This document shows, one piece after another, positions 22,533 to 36,557 of a DNA stretch of 64,000 nucleotides. Source of the stretch: Dimorphilus gyrociliatus (lineage: Eukaryota > Animalia > Annelida); contig CAJFCJ010000019.1 of the NCBI GenBank assembly GCA_904063045.1, forward strand, positions 310,001 to 374,000, written 5' to 3'. How positions within the stretch are numbered: the first letter of the stretch is position 1; every line of letters starts with the position of its first letter. Both the position numbers and the translations under genes were made by a program. The notes under the pieces were generated by a model that did no database searches, was not told the origin of the DNA, and saw nothing but the letters and a program-made list of their open reading frames with translations.

Positions 22533-23896
22533 ATAAAATATTAAAATATACTTTACATCAATAATTTGTTCCTGGTTTTTTTTTTTATTTTTTACTTTAT
22601 AACTTTAACCTTTAAGAATTTATTACTCAATAAATCACGCCATAAAAAAATCGAGATAAGATTAGAACTTGTTTATCAATTCCTTTTTAGTTTAACATAT
22701 CAACTTAATAATTAACAATATAAATATTTTTTTTTTTACTGCATGTATACAGTATATACATCGTTATTTTATAATTCTATTTTCCTTTTTAAATATAGGC
22801 CTAGATAACACTGTAGCTTTCTTTTTTAGTATTTTTCTTTTTTACTTTTCTTTTGTAATAAAACATTATTAATATTTTAATAGAAGTTATTTAAAATTAA
22901 TAACAATAACAATAATAATAATAGTAATAGTAATAATAGTACTAAATAAGAGAATACAAATTATTTATGGTAGGTGATATTTGAATATAAAAAAGGTATA
23001 TTATACATGAATATAGCTTTTGTCGTATTTTGTTTTTCTTGTTTATATTTATTTGTATCATTTAGAATTTTATAGTAACATACATAAAACTTTACGTTAT
23101 TGATATTAAATAAAGTTATATATATATATATATATCTATATATATGTTTTGAATGGAGAATAGATACATAAATGCATAGATAAATAGATGGAGAATATAT
23201 AAAATAAAGGAGGTACGGAAAAGCTACAAAGATGCTATAAAATTTTCTTTTAAGATTTAAATATATACTCTCCGCATTTCAAAGTTCAATTTTTGAACTT
23301 AATTTGGACGATAATGAATCACTGACAATCTTTAAGAGATTTGATTACGTTTTCCAGTGAAAAAGACTAGTAATAGGAGAACATTCCAATGTCGTTGAAA
23401 AAAAAACTAGTTTGAAAAAGATAATGAAATGCGATAATTATGCTCTAAATTTAGTTCATTCATCCTTTAATATATGCTACGTGTTCTTGTAGATTAAACT
23501 TTAGATTTTTCTTGAATCGATCAAAATCGTAGCACTTGAAATAAAATATATAGTGTATATATTTAAATACTCTATACACATAAAGTGGAAATTATAATAC
23601 AAAGTAAATAAGGTCTATTATTGAGACCAATTCTCCAACCTTACTTTCTGATTATGAGGACAACCACAGAAGAAAAATGAAGCTTTATGTCTAGATTACA
23701 GTTTTATTTTACCGTACGAGTACTTATTAAATTCTTTTAGAAGAAAACAATAGTTTCATTGTTTGTTCTTTATAAGAAATAAAGGAAAGAAAGTTAGAGA
23801 GTATTTTACATAGTCTTTGCAAGATTTTTAAGTACATTCTTCGATTATAGTTTGTAAAACTCTTATTTCTTATTCACACCTTATTCGATTGACAGT

Positions 23897-26800
23897 TCAG
23901 TTTGTACAGGAATCGGTCAAACTTGGACAGTCAACACTTTTTCTACTTTTCGATTTTCTCTTATTGATAATCGATAGTTTGTTCTCATCCGAATCGGGTA
24001 GGCCAGTTGTATTCGAGAGGCCGGTAATACGGCCAGTTTGAAAACGATTCAGTGATTTCGGTGTCTGTTGTTTTAATTAGTATCAATTAAATAGATGATA
24101 GACTAGTTAGTGATGGAGAAAACGAAAACATTAAAAGTTTGTAATCTTAAATCTTAGTATTGTTGACCAATGGTCGGAGATAAGATATAGGACATTTAGC
24201 TATGAAGTCTGTAACAACACGCGATGTAGGTAACCTATATCGTAAACTGTGACATACTTTTGCTCAGTTTACATTAATCTATATAAATTAAATAAATTCT
24301 AGCAATTACCAGAGCGTTTGATGATGTTTTTAAGCTAGGTGTATATCTTACAACATCCTGTCCCTTTCTCCTAACAGATAAACAAATACAAACTATCACA
24401 ATCGATATAAACCAGAGAGGAAGTGCTATTGACCAAAAGGTTTTGTTCCAACTTGGTCTATCGCCTCTTAATTGAAAATTGGCACCTATACAACTGCTAT
24501 TGCCGAATGATATTGGCGTTGTTGCGCAACTTCGTTCCCTGAACTCCTGACCGGAGTATAAACAACGAAAATCCCTCGTACAAGATTTCCATTCATCCCA
24601 CGTAGTCCAAATGCCTTTGTAGGGTCTCCAGCAAATGGATAGAGCAGTTTTTGTGGAGCATGACGTAGAAAAATAAATTAATTTCTTTCTTTTCGGGACA
24701 ACTACAGCATAAACACAATGATTTTCGAATTCTATATAAAAGAAATTAGTATTATTATACTGAATAATATAATTGTTACAAATGTCGTTTGATATTCTTC
24801 AAAAATAAGCTAAGAGTGATTGTGAGGAATGGTAACGTGGGGGAAAAGTAGTTCGTTTATACAGTGTACTACAATTATAAATTAGAAATGATTTCCATTG
24901 ATAATTTTAAAAAATCTACAGCAGTAGATTTAGCATTGGGATAATGTTTACCTTAACAAAAGAAGGTAAATATTTTTGAACAAATATGCGTTGAACAAAG
25001 ATATCGCTTATATTACCTGAAAGTTGAAGGACCGAAGTTGAATCAAAGGTAAAATAATCAGGCCAAAATTTACTCTGCCATTTAAATGTACCATTAATTT
25101 GCGTTTTCCTCAGACCTAGCCAAACATCTTCACCTTTTATAAAACGAAATATATTGTCTTGAAAAGAAGACGTAATATCATTTCTATAGTCTAATTTTAA
25201 TAAATGACTCTTAAGCTGATGACATTTATGAAAAGCTTCATTTGCCGTTGTAAAGCCTATTATTGTAAAACATGTATCTGATATATTATCATACAACCAC
25301 CTTTGTGGAATATTTGCTTCGATATTTTTACAAAATAATGCTGATTTTAGATAGACTTCCTTTGAATTTATTGAAATCTTATTTCTTTGACAGTTTATCA
25401 AATCTATTGCGCATCCACTTTTCCCGTTTGGCGAATGAACAAACGCAGTGCAATCGGAAGATTTCGTACAAAGTTCCTGACATTCTTCAAATCCCGTGGA
25501 ATAATCTACAATTTCAAAACATATTTTCCTAGGAATTTGATCCGATTTGTCGTAATCGTAAAGTTTCGATTTAGAATCGCTAATCCTTATATCTTTCGAT
25601 TCCATAATAGCTAATTCGTCTCCTATTACATTAATTTCTTCCACACTCTCTTTCATCTTCGACAAACATCCGCGAACAATACTATCTCTATACTTTTGAC
25701 GAAGTACGCTAGGAATGTTGTTGATAAGAGGTTTAGGGGAATCACACATTTTGTTCCTTGACCTTGTTCCCTTTGCGTATGACCAGCTTGACCATTTGCC
25801 CCACTCTCCAAACAAAGGATATACACAAACAACATCGTGAATTTCATTACAATCAACAGGGAATATAGAACCATTCTCACCGATAAAACATTCCTTACTA
25901 TTTGTATTGTTAGTGCTAGCAATTGTTTTAGCAGTGGTATTAATAGAAAACTCTACGTCAGGTATTCCATAGTTAGTTGACCATTTCTCGTCATCCATCC
26001 ATCCTAATTTCTCACCTTTTTTCACAATCCCAAGCCAAATTTTATCCTTAGTCAGCGATTCTATTGTTATATTTGAGACTCTCGCAACAAATGTTCCAAA
26101 CTTAGAACAGGCTTTATTCAATTCGTTACCCTTTCTTTTCAAGAGGATAAAATAGCACAGGCCGGAAGTTTCTTCAAAGTAAGCAGTCAAAGCTTTATTA
26201 ATATTTAGGGCTTCTTTACAAAACGGTGAAGTTTTAACATAAATGTATTCGTGAATTGATTGGGGAATCCAGTTGTCTGTTTTGTTTACATCACAGTATA
26301 CATTTGATATTTGGCATTTTCGAAATTTTTGACCCATTTTCTTGGTCAAAGCAACAGTCACGCAATCTGAGTCATTGGCGCATTTCTCCAAACATACACC
26401 ATCCTCCATAAAGCCTATAGTTTGACCTCTAAGAACTTTATAGAACATACAAGAATAGCTCCATTTTTCCCACATACCCGGCCTATATAATTCAAACTTA
26501 TAACCACCTAATTGATTAACTTCAAAATGAGGTAGAGGCCGCGGAACGGAACAGATTACAGCCAAGGTGATAGTACCATCCAATAAACATTTTCCCTTAT
26601 CAAAGGGTAATTCGAAATAATAATATGGATGTGAAAAATTACCAACAGACGGGGCAGTAAAAACTGGAAACTGGTCATTATCAATAAAAAAGTAATCCCC
26701 CTTACTTGCTTGGAAAGTTGCGCATATAGATCTTATGAAAAGGTCCGAAATTAGTCCAGATTTTGATATGCAAATAGGTCCTTCCATACCATTCCAACGG

Positions 26801-28381
26801 AACAACGGAGTTCCACAAATTGTACCTCTTAATGTGTTTTTAGAGCAAAATTTCCTCGCAAATCCGGCAGATTTTAGTCTAATAGAGTGATCTATTGACC
26901 ATACATCAGTAAATAATGTGCTGGTGGAGTATATTATGCCAGAATCAGTATATATAATTGTTGGATTATCAATGATTGGGGGAGCAGAAAGATTAATTTC
27001 AATTCTATCAATACCATAATCTCTAGCTCGATTTCCCAGGGTCTATATGTTTAACAAAACGATATATAATTAAATTTATATAAAGGTAATAAATAATTTA
27101 TCAAAAAAATTGAATATCAGATCAATTAAGACGTTGTAAACAAGTCTATTTTACCGGACTTTTATGCTGTCTGCCCTTATGTAAATTAAGGAGTTTTATA
27201 TTATAGTCAATTCTATTCTTTATCTCAATTTGGTTATCATCTTGGCAGACATCAGAAATTAGGCAAAATTTTTTCCTTTGTAAATGACTTGCGTTGGAAT
27301 AAACCCATGGTGTCCACTCTGTAAACTTTTCACCAGATCCTAAACAAATTGTTATTGCTTTAAAAGTGCTATTTAAAGAGCATTTACGATGTTCAATGCT
27401 TATATTTAGCTTTTTGACTATTACTCGACATTTATTCTCCTGATGTTTCTTATTTATATCCCCTATCCATACTTCATTCATAGGGTTAATTTGGTTGTCA
27501 ATTATTCCTAGTAGTTTCTTGCTGATGTTACTTAGATGCCTCATTTCAAATTTCTGACAAATATTTAAGTATTCGCTGTAATTATAACGTCCAGCAAATA
27601 GAAGGCAACTATCTAATTCTTTCATATAGATAAAACGTCTATTAGGATGTTTCTTTTCATAATTTCTACAAACGTTCCTCGTTTTTACGTAGGTATGTTT
27701 AAAAAGTATGTCATTTGGCACCTTCAAAGAATCTAGGCATTGATAACTACCTAAATAGCATGCACCTATTGTTTGAAAAGGTAAATCGGGCATCAATTGA
27801 AAAGCATCGCAACTTGTTTCTTTGTCGCATTGTTGAGAACATTCAGAAATGTCCTTAAAAATTTTAATACTATTTGGGAAGAATTTGAAACTTTTGCAGT
27901 TATTTTCTTTAATTTTTAATAATTTATAAGTAAATTTGTTTGTATAAAAGAAATCTAATGGAAAAGGAATGGGTTTGTGGCAGAATAAGCTCTGAATATT
28001 TTTGCAATTGCTTTTTAAGAGTGTGTAATGAGAGGAAAGACTGCAATTTACTGAATTATATCGAATTTGAGAGGAATATGTCTTATAATTATTTAAATTA
28101 TCTATTTTGGAAGCATTTTTCTTTTCCATATAAAATTTTGAACAAAGTAGATCGCTTCCTTTATCGTCTCCCCCACATATGGCACCCATCACAGGTCTAC
28201 TTACCAAAACAATACCACATAACGAACCAAGGGAACAATTTTTATTAACTATTCTTAACTCATTATCTATTGAGTAAATGTCCTTATTTTTAGCTATTCT
28301 TAATCCAATCAATTCCGTTTTACTCTTTACATCCGTGCAATATTTTGAAAGAACAATTGAAAAAAAGTCGAATAATAATAT
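23897..28381 (-). CDS. Large type-I membrane protein with repeated PAN/apple, C-type lectin-like and TSP1 modules (about 1,250 aa); first exon not found
   Basis: Exons 28381-27155, 27042-25017, 24701-about 24350 (TSP1 WTTWDEWKSC...RERSC plus TM IALPLWFISIVIVCICLSV, absent from the ORF track) and a putative tail exon at about 24065-23897. The first three exons join in phase by GT-AG introns; the tail junction is uncertain. Confidence 0.75.
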
Positions 28382-28633
28382 CTAATAAATTAATAAATAT
28401 ACTTTATTATTCCATAATTTAAATATTAAAGGTATTTTTTTGCTACATACAATATCAAATAAGCTAAAATCGTATAATAACATGTTTCCTATATAATAAA
28501 CATATCAAAAGAATATTTTTAAATCTTTTAAATATAAATCTTTTTATTGTTTTGAATGAAAGACAACAGTTTTTTTTTCTTTTGTTATATATGCTGTATT
28601 TATCTATATAAAGTGATATATAGTATTTATAAA

Positions 28634-28635
<2 letters not shown>

Positions 28636-28665
<30 letters not shown>
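28636..28665. repeat. (AT)15 microsatellite
   Basis: Read directly. Confidence 0.9.
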
Positions 28666-28669
<4 letters not shown>

Positions 28670-30487
28670 TTTATCTGTCAATTTAGTTCGAACAGCTTAT
28701 AAACAAAAACAAAAACAAAGAAGCGTTATTTCTTTTTCTCAGCACGTTATCTTGTATTTTTTTTTAAGTAAAATTAAACTTTCCAATAAATGGGTTAAAA
28801 AATAAGATCGGATAATATCTATGGAAAAAATGTTAGAACTCTATAAAGATAAAAGAAATTTATAAAGTAATTATATCTGGCCTACTTTAAAGACAGATTA
28901 TTTACTTTGCTGTTTTCGTCAATTAACTGTTTACTTCTCTCATAGTTTAAATTTGTTATTTATTTATTAAGGGAAAGTATGTTTTAGAGCTTATTTATCT
29001 TATCAGTGTTTTTATTAAAAAACAAGATTTTTCAAAAGGAAATAAAGTGGCTTAAAACTGGAGCATAGATGTGTATACCTTATGCTAAGGTACCAACAAC
29101 CACCTAGTGGATAAATTACCTATTACTGAGATTGGTTGTAAAGCTGACACCCCTGCGCATATTTTCCTAATAAACAATTCTTCTCCCCTCTAGACAGACC
29201 CCCATCCTACCCCGTTTTCACTTGTTAAGACTGGCGTCATTCTAAAAAAAAACATACATTTTATCCTAGAAAAGCCTGGTTCTAAGGGAAAAAAAGCATA
29301 AAGGAGTCAAAAATGTACATTAAAATCTCGGTAAAAAGTTCTGTTTGTCTGTTTTAAAAATTATTAAATTCGTTTGAAAAGTTATTCTATTAACTTTTCA
29401 AATGGTTATTTTTATTTGTAAGAATATTCTTCCATTTGGAATGTTTTTGTTCTTTAAGTTTCTAGTGAAAAAACTGTCTATCTCCGAATACATAAGCGTT
29501 TGTTTTTAACAAATTATCTTCACGCTCTTTGATAACATATATGTGGGTTTATTTACGTAAAACTGTGGACTATTTGTTTGGCGAGGAATTTAAGCTAATG
29601 TTGTTTACAAAAAGATCGTTAATTTGTCACCCGATGAACTACTAAATAGATAGATAGATATCGTTATAATCTTTGTTTATGCTTTATTCTTTCTATTTTT
29701 ATATCTTGTTATATTTAGTACCAAATAATAATTAATTCTTTGGCATATTACTACTTTTTAAGAATTGGTCTTTTTATTTTACATTTAAATAATCTTTATA
29801 TTTAATAATTTGAGAAGCTTTACACGTTTAGTATTATATTCTTTAATATATAAGTTAAAAATTACTTTCTTCTAATCTTCTTAGCATTGTTACCGCTGTA
29901 AAAGGTTGGAATTATGTATAATCTTGTTATGTCTAATTATAATTATTGTTTCAATTTTTATAGTTGAGAATTTTCATCGAGAATGCCTATTGTTAAGTAG
30001 TTTTATCATGAATATTATAAACGTCGTCATAATTTATTTATTTAGTGCGAAACCAGTCTCATCAATTCCCGCCGATATAAACAAGGGTATACACCTGTAA
30101 AAGCGATAGGCTGTTTTGAATTTCGCGCTTTATATTATTTTCGTATCTCAATTAGCAACAGCAACTGTAAATTTTAAAAATATTTTATTGTTGATATATA
30201 AATAAATGTTGTCTTATTTCAGAATATATTTCCATTTCACAACCGGAAATGAGGTCCGCAGGAAGAAAAACATTGATGTGAAATCGTAGACGAATGAAAT
30301 AATAAAAGTAAGAAAATGAAAATCTTAACAATTATCTTGCATGATCGAGTAATTAATATCATTTCTTTATCCTTAATAATGTTAGAAACCGGAAAGACGA
30401 GTGAAAAGTAGTTGGTTGGGGTTTGCCAGAAGATATTATTTATTTCGCATAGGCCTAGAGCATTCTCCCTCAGTTTCAAAATACAAA

Positions 30488-32361
30488 ATGCCAAATCCAA
30501 TGGCTAAGGACGATGATGAGCCGGAAAATTTGTGGCAATTTGCTCATGACGCTTTGTTACTAAAGATTTTTTCTAATCTACCCTTCACGGATGTGATAAA
30601 TGCTAGTCGTACTTGCCGAGCTTGGAATCGAGTAAGATTTAACTAATTATTAAGTGAGCACCTGTAAATTTGTTGTTTTTTACACTTGAACAGGTGAGCA
30701 AGGACGATTTTCTTTGGAGGGATTTGTTTCACTCCTATTGGAAAATATGTAAATCAATTTCGAAGCCTAATGATAACTGCACTTGGTATGAAGAATTTAA
30801 GGTAATTGAAACATTTTGCAGAAGATATCGTCTGCTATACTATTGTTTATTACAGAGACTTTATTATTATTCACCAATTATTGAATGTCAAACTGTTCCT
30901 GGGCATCGAGATCAAGTTCTACACGTATCATTTTCCCACAACGGCACTCTGTTTGCCACAAGCTCAAAGGATGGATATGTTAATGTGTGGGATCCTCAAA
31001 CAGTTCAAAAGAAATTTAGTAAAAATATGAGGGTATTTAAATGGAAATATACTCAATTTACACAGTTTAACCGAGACGATACACTTCTTCTTGTTTCGGG
31101 TGTTCATTTCGGTCAACATACTACTTCAGGAGAGATAGCTGTATTTTCAGTATCATCAAATAGCTTCGAGTTACAATGTAGGGTTCAGAACAAGCCCTAT
31201 GATATTTTCGGTACTTGGTATAATGAACATTACCTACTGAGTGGAAGTTTGCAGTGGTTTGGTAATTTAACATCTTGCTCTCAGCTATGGCTTAACAAGG
31301 CTTCTCAAGCAATCGAAAACGAGAAAGAATCCGTGACGAAGAGTCTATACAAGTTCTATAATGTTAACGCCTCTTCTATTCGTACTATAATGGTAGCAGA
31401 CTGTCCAGAAGAAGTACGTACATCGGTTGAGACAAGTCGAAAGAGGAAAGAACCCTGTGACGAAAAAGCTGATGGAACATCAGGCAAAAACAGAAAGAAT
31501 GAGAGTGGTGCTCAAAAAATTCAGGTGTACTATGAGGATGCAATGAATAGCTTTAAATTGACAGGAGTTGATGAGGAATCGAAGAGTGGTACAATTGAGT
31601 ATGATAATGACTATCGGCAAGCAGAATTGGCTGAAGCTTCAGAAAGTAGTAGTGAGAAAGATAAGTACTTGATATTCACTACTGGAAAGAAAACATACAC
31701 GCCTCATCAAATTGGTATAAAACGCATTCCCCCAACTGTAATTCAAGATGGACAATTGGGCCCTGTTCCAAATGCTATGGACAAAACGGATTCAGGCAAC
31801 CCCACCTTTCCCAGTTATGATGACATAGATCATTTAATTGAATTGCATGGTCATATAATCGGAATGTGTCTCTCTCCCGATCATCGTTACTTATACGTCA
31901 ACAGTCGACCGTGGCTGAAGGGTTACGAAATTACAGATCCTCTCTCACCACCTCCAATAGCTCAAGAAATTGACATACATGTTATAGATTTATTTACTTT
32001 TAAGCAAGTAGGAACTATGCATAGAACTTACAAAGCATACACACCGAATGATGAATGTTTCTTTATATTTTTGGACGTTTGTAAGGAATATGTCTCCAGG
32101 TTTGTATCATCTATTTTCATTTAGAAATAGCATAACGTATGCACTCTTTTCTCTAGCGGAGCCGAAGATTGCCATGGTTATTTATGGGACAGGCACTATG
32201 GAATTTGTCTCGCTAGATATGCTCACGAGGATGTTGTTAACTCTGTAGCTTTTAATCCTAAAGATAGCCAGTATTTAATAACAGCGTCGGATGACAAGAC
32301 ATTTAAAATCTGGCGATCTAGAAGTTGGCTTAAGCAAAATAAATCTAGCGCTGCACAATAA
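30488..32361 (+). CDS. FBXW5: F-box/WD repeat protein 5
   Basis: F-box (DALLLKIFSNL...SRTCRAWNRV), HRDQVLHVSFSHNG, WKYTQFTQFN, LLVSGVHFG, SQLWLNKA, GHIIGMCLSPDHRYLYVNSRPW, HEDVVNSVAFNPKD. Confidence 0.95.
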
Positions 32362-32555
32362 AGAAAAATAGAAAGAGGGTGAAAGATAGTGAAAGTTTGA
32401 GAGATTCTTAATTTTATTCAATTTCAGTTTTTGGTTTTACTGTATTTCATTGCAGTGGGCCATATTTTTGTTATGTATAAAATGTTGAACGAGAAATAAA
32501 TTAAATTGTAAATATTGCTCAAGTCAATAATTATGTTTTATGAATTCATTTATCA

Positions 32556-33031
32556 TTAATTTGAGTCTTGTTTTGGGGCGGAAGGTTCTTTACCTTCATC
32601 TTCATGCCTCCGAAAACACTTTTTCTTATGCCCTCTGCAGCTTCCTGTACAATCTCCTCCATCGCTGTCATCACTTGATGACTCTCCAAAAAGTTTGGGT
32701 TTTTCATAGATGCAGCAACCTTTAAATAAGTATTGTTTTTCAATAAGAAACAGAAATTTAACACGTATAGGCTTACACTTTGACTTTTTTTTCCCCATGT
32801 GCTCATTATCTACCGTACCTTCCTCCCATTTCACCTTCTTGTCATCGCTGACCTTAGCTCTTAGTCTTAACGTCGACTCCTTGAATGTATTGAATGAAAA
32901 AAATAAATACGACAAAAATTAAGGTTTAGAAAACAAACCGTCCCTCCTACAGTTTCATTTTCAGTTACAGTGAGAGTTTGAGTAGCACTATCGGTCGTTG
33001 GATCAGAGGGATGCTGCATTCTTTCAGCCAT
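32556..33031 (-). CDS. PPP1R11: Protein phosphatase 1 regulatory subunit 11 (inhibitor-3), 3 exons
   Basis: KKVKW (RVxF-type), TVDNEHMGKKKSK|CCCIYEKP; first exon MAERMQHPSDPTTDSATQTLTV. Confidence 0.93.
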
Positions 33032-33588
33032 TTTTTAAGTGTTTGTAATAAAAACAGTAATTTCGAAATAAAGAACCATTTGAAAATTGTTGGGGGAAGC
33101 GGAAATAGTACACGTAAAAAAACAGAGGAATCACTATTGGCGCCAATATTATAAACATAGTAAATATTTATATATTTGAATTTTAAAGTCACTATACGCC
33201 TGAATTAGGATGAAAATAAACTATATCCACGTCGAATAGCGATAATCTAAAAACATGTTCTGATCTGTTGACGTACTTTAACAACAACATGTGCTAAAAA
33301 TCAATGTTTATCGATGGAACGGAATAAATAATTTATACACAAAAACCTACGCCTGCTAACTTATAGCTAGCTGTTTTGAAAATATCGATAGAGGGGGCAA
33401 ATTTGTAGCAATCATTTGGCTGTCTTATAGTAAGATGTTGTTGAAGTAACTAAATTTGCCCCGAGTTTCACGTGGCTGGACTACGTTTGAACGTTGACGT
33501 ATACACATTCAATTCTTTATGACATTCTTTGCAATGCCTATAAGAATTATGATAAATACTCAAACCAGAGTTGTTTAACAAAGACACC

Positions 33589-36397
33589 ATGCTATTTGTT
33601 CAAGTAACTTTTCACATTTTTCTTCTTAGTTTTTACATTATCAGGTTAGTATGAAGAAACTGATCAGGCCTATTGTCAATTTGTGAATAGTTGTTCACAA
33701 TAAAATTTATTATATTGTTAAAAATGGAAGAATATTCTAATAGTATCGTTTTTCTTTATTTAGGGCACATCCAACTGAAACCAAGGACTGTAATTTGTCG
33801 CATTGGATAGACAAAAATAAATCGACACTAAATACGCCCAGACATGCATCGTTATACAGAGAATTACAATCTTTATTAAAACAATCTGTAACAATAGATT
33901 GCTCAAGTTTACAAAAATATACAGAGATAATTGAAATACCAGAATACCATAATATTTTTGATGATTTATCATCTATAGCTGATGATTTGGAAAATGTTGA
34001 CATAAATTCCAAAACAAAGAAACAAAACTACAAGGCAAAGCGAAAGTTGTCTTGCTCTGTAAAAGATTGGTGCTTTTATATATTTAATATTCAATCATTT
34101 CATAAACAGTTATTTAGTGATAAAAACAGTACAACTATAAAGAGCAATTCTACAAAGAAAATTGTTATTAGTTTTAACGAGATTTGCTCAAGAAAATTGA
34201 ACAGTTCATCATCATTGCTATGTTTCTACGTTCATTTAAAACTTCAATTGCCCACTTGCAAATTCGATGATTTATCTAATCTACCGCCTATTGCTAATTT
34301 ATCCTCCTCCGCTGATCAGTCAGACAAGAAATTGTTGAAAATTGATGAAGAATACGATCCTACAGAGAGTTTAGACGAGGAGACTGATAATATAGTGTCT
34401 GCTAAAAATACTACTGTTGAGGACATAGAGAAAAAACAAGATAATGAAACTGAAAAATCGAGAAACAAAGATAATGTAGTAACTAATTCGCAACCATTAG
34501 ACAAGGAAAAAGAAAAAGTGCCACTTTTAACTGCTAATCAAGAAGAACAAACTGATGCAAAGAAGAAGGATGAAAGCAATCATTCAGTTCAAGAAAATTT
34601 AAATTTTAGTAAATTAAAAGAAATAGAAATTCAATTGTTAAAATTGGAAAATAGATTTTTATTATCAAATGTAGAAAAAAGGAATGATTCCTTATCATTA
34701 GTTCAAGTTGAAAATCATATTCTTCGTTTAGAAAACTTTCTCTTATCAATGAATAATACGTTAGCTCTCGTACAAGCTGAAAACAATAGATTAAAAGAGA
34801 AACAAAATGATTTTGATAGAACGATAACCCAAGTAAAAATGGAAACTCGTAAATTATCTATACCGGCTCTACCTGATTCTCATTCGCGATTACCCGAACA
34901 GGTTGTTAGACAGGAAAAACTAGTGATCAATCTTAAAAAGGAAGTAGATAGACAAAAATTGAAAGTTTCTTCATTAGAAGCGAAAAATTCAGTGTTAATA
35001 AAAGCTATGAAGAAGCAAACTAATGCTATTTCAAAGTTATTAAAAAAATTTGATCAATTGACAGAGAAAACCAATTATTTAGATGAACATGTAACAAAAC
35101 TCTCCTCTGATACTACACCTCCTCAGGTTCCTGATGGTAAAGAGGATGATAAGATAAATACTAAGGAAGACTCTAAAGATTCTGATAATATAAAGCCTAG
35201 TGCCGAAATTCAATCGGGAAAGACGTCGAAGGAGAAAGAGCAAATTGCGCAGCATCAAGAACCAATGGCTAATTCTCCTAGTAATAATGTCAAGGAAGAG
35301 AATCGTAGTGAAGGTAATGAAAAAAATAAAGAAACGTCCAGTGTTAAATCTCAACAGCCAGTTGTTCAAGAAAAGGAAAACGAAGAGGGAATCATGGATA
35401 AAAAGAATATCACATCTGATGAAGTACTTGCAAAAGCCAATGGGGATTCGAACAAAGCAAAAAGGGATATTGAAAACATTAATCAAGAACCCGTCAAACC
35501 GTCAACAGACTCTAATATAGATAATGAAAAAACTAGTCGATCAAAACAATCTGAGCAGAAGAGAAAAGATGAAAAGGTTCAAAGAAATGATAAAATCCAA
35601 GATACAATTTTATATCGCAGTAATTCTGGTGCAGACAAAGGTAAAATCCAATCTCTCTTTCATTATTCTATATTTTAAATATAATAGATAAGGAAAATGG
35701 GGACTAATACAGTATTAATAATGTCTTTGTAGATTGCTGGGATTATTATAAGAAAGGAAGAAGACGAGACACAGCATTGAATATACAACTATCGGCGGAT
35801 AATTCTGTAATATCCGTCAGCTGTGATATGACGAATGGAGGATGGACTATTATACAAAAGCGACACGAAGGAAGTACTAACTTTTTCCGTGATTGGTCAG
35901 AGTATAAAAAGGGATTTGGACAACAGTTCAGTGACCACTGGATTGGATTGGATAATATTCATAAATTAACAAATCAAGATAGATATTCTTTAAGAATTGA
36001 TATGATGAATTGGGAAAGGGAAACGGCAACGGTTGAATATGAATATTTTAGTGTTGATAACGAAGCAAATGGGTATAAATTAAATATCTCTGGTTTCAGC
36101 GGTTCTGAAGCTGGCGATAGTTTATCAAAACATAATGGTTGGAAATTTTCAACTAAAGACGTCGATAATGATGGCGCAAAGAAAGAACTAGGAGGAAGTT
36201 GCGCAAAACGATTTAATGGTGCCTGGTGGTATCACAAATGCTACAGTTCTAATTTGAATGGTCTCTACTATAGAGGAGGAAAAGTTGACGATGGTGCTTT
36301 CGATGGAGTTAGTTGGAAAAGTTGGACTGGTAGTAAAAAATCGCTTAAGCAAGTTTCAATGAAAATTAGGCCCAGAAGAACAAAATTAGATGATTAG
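33589..36397 (+). CDS. Secreted fibrinogen-related protein: signal peptide, coiled coil, long hydrophilic stalk, C-terminal FBG domain (angiopoietin-like architecture)
   Basis: Signal exon MLFVQVTFHIFLLSFYIIR joined in phase at 33764; FBG motifs CDM..GGWTIIQKR, FFRDWSEYKKGFG, HWIGLDNIH, AWWYHKCYSSNLNG. Confidence 0.9.
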
Positions 36398-36557
36398 AAT
36401 AATTTAATATTGATTAAAGAGATACTTTTAACAGATTATTTATTTATTTAATTTATATTTTTCAATAAAAAAATATCCCTAAATCATCATAATAAAAGAT
36501 ATCTAAGTATAAATTTACTATAAAAAGCACTTGACGATCTTCTTCATTTCCATCCAA

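Noticed and set aside
23255-23490. Open frame with one in-frame TGA (23358) as a possible selenoprotein
   Set aside because: No recognisable selenoprotein motif, start or SECIS; consistent with chance.
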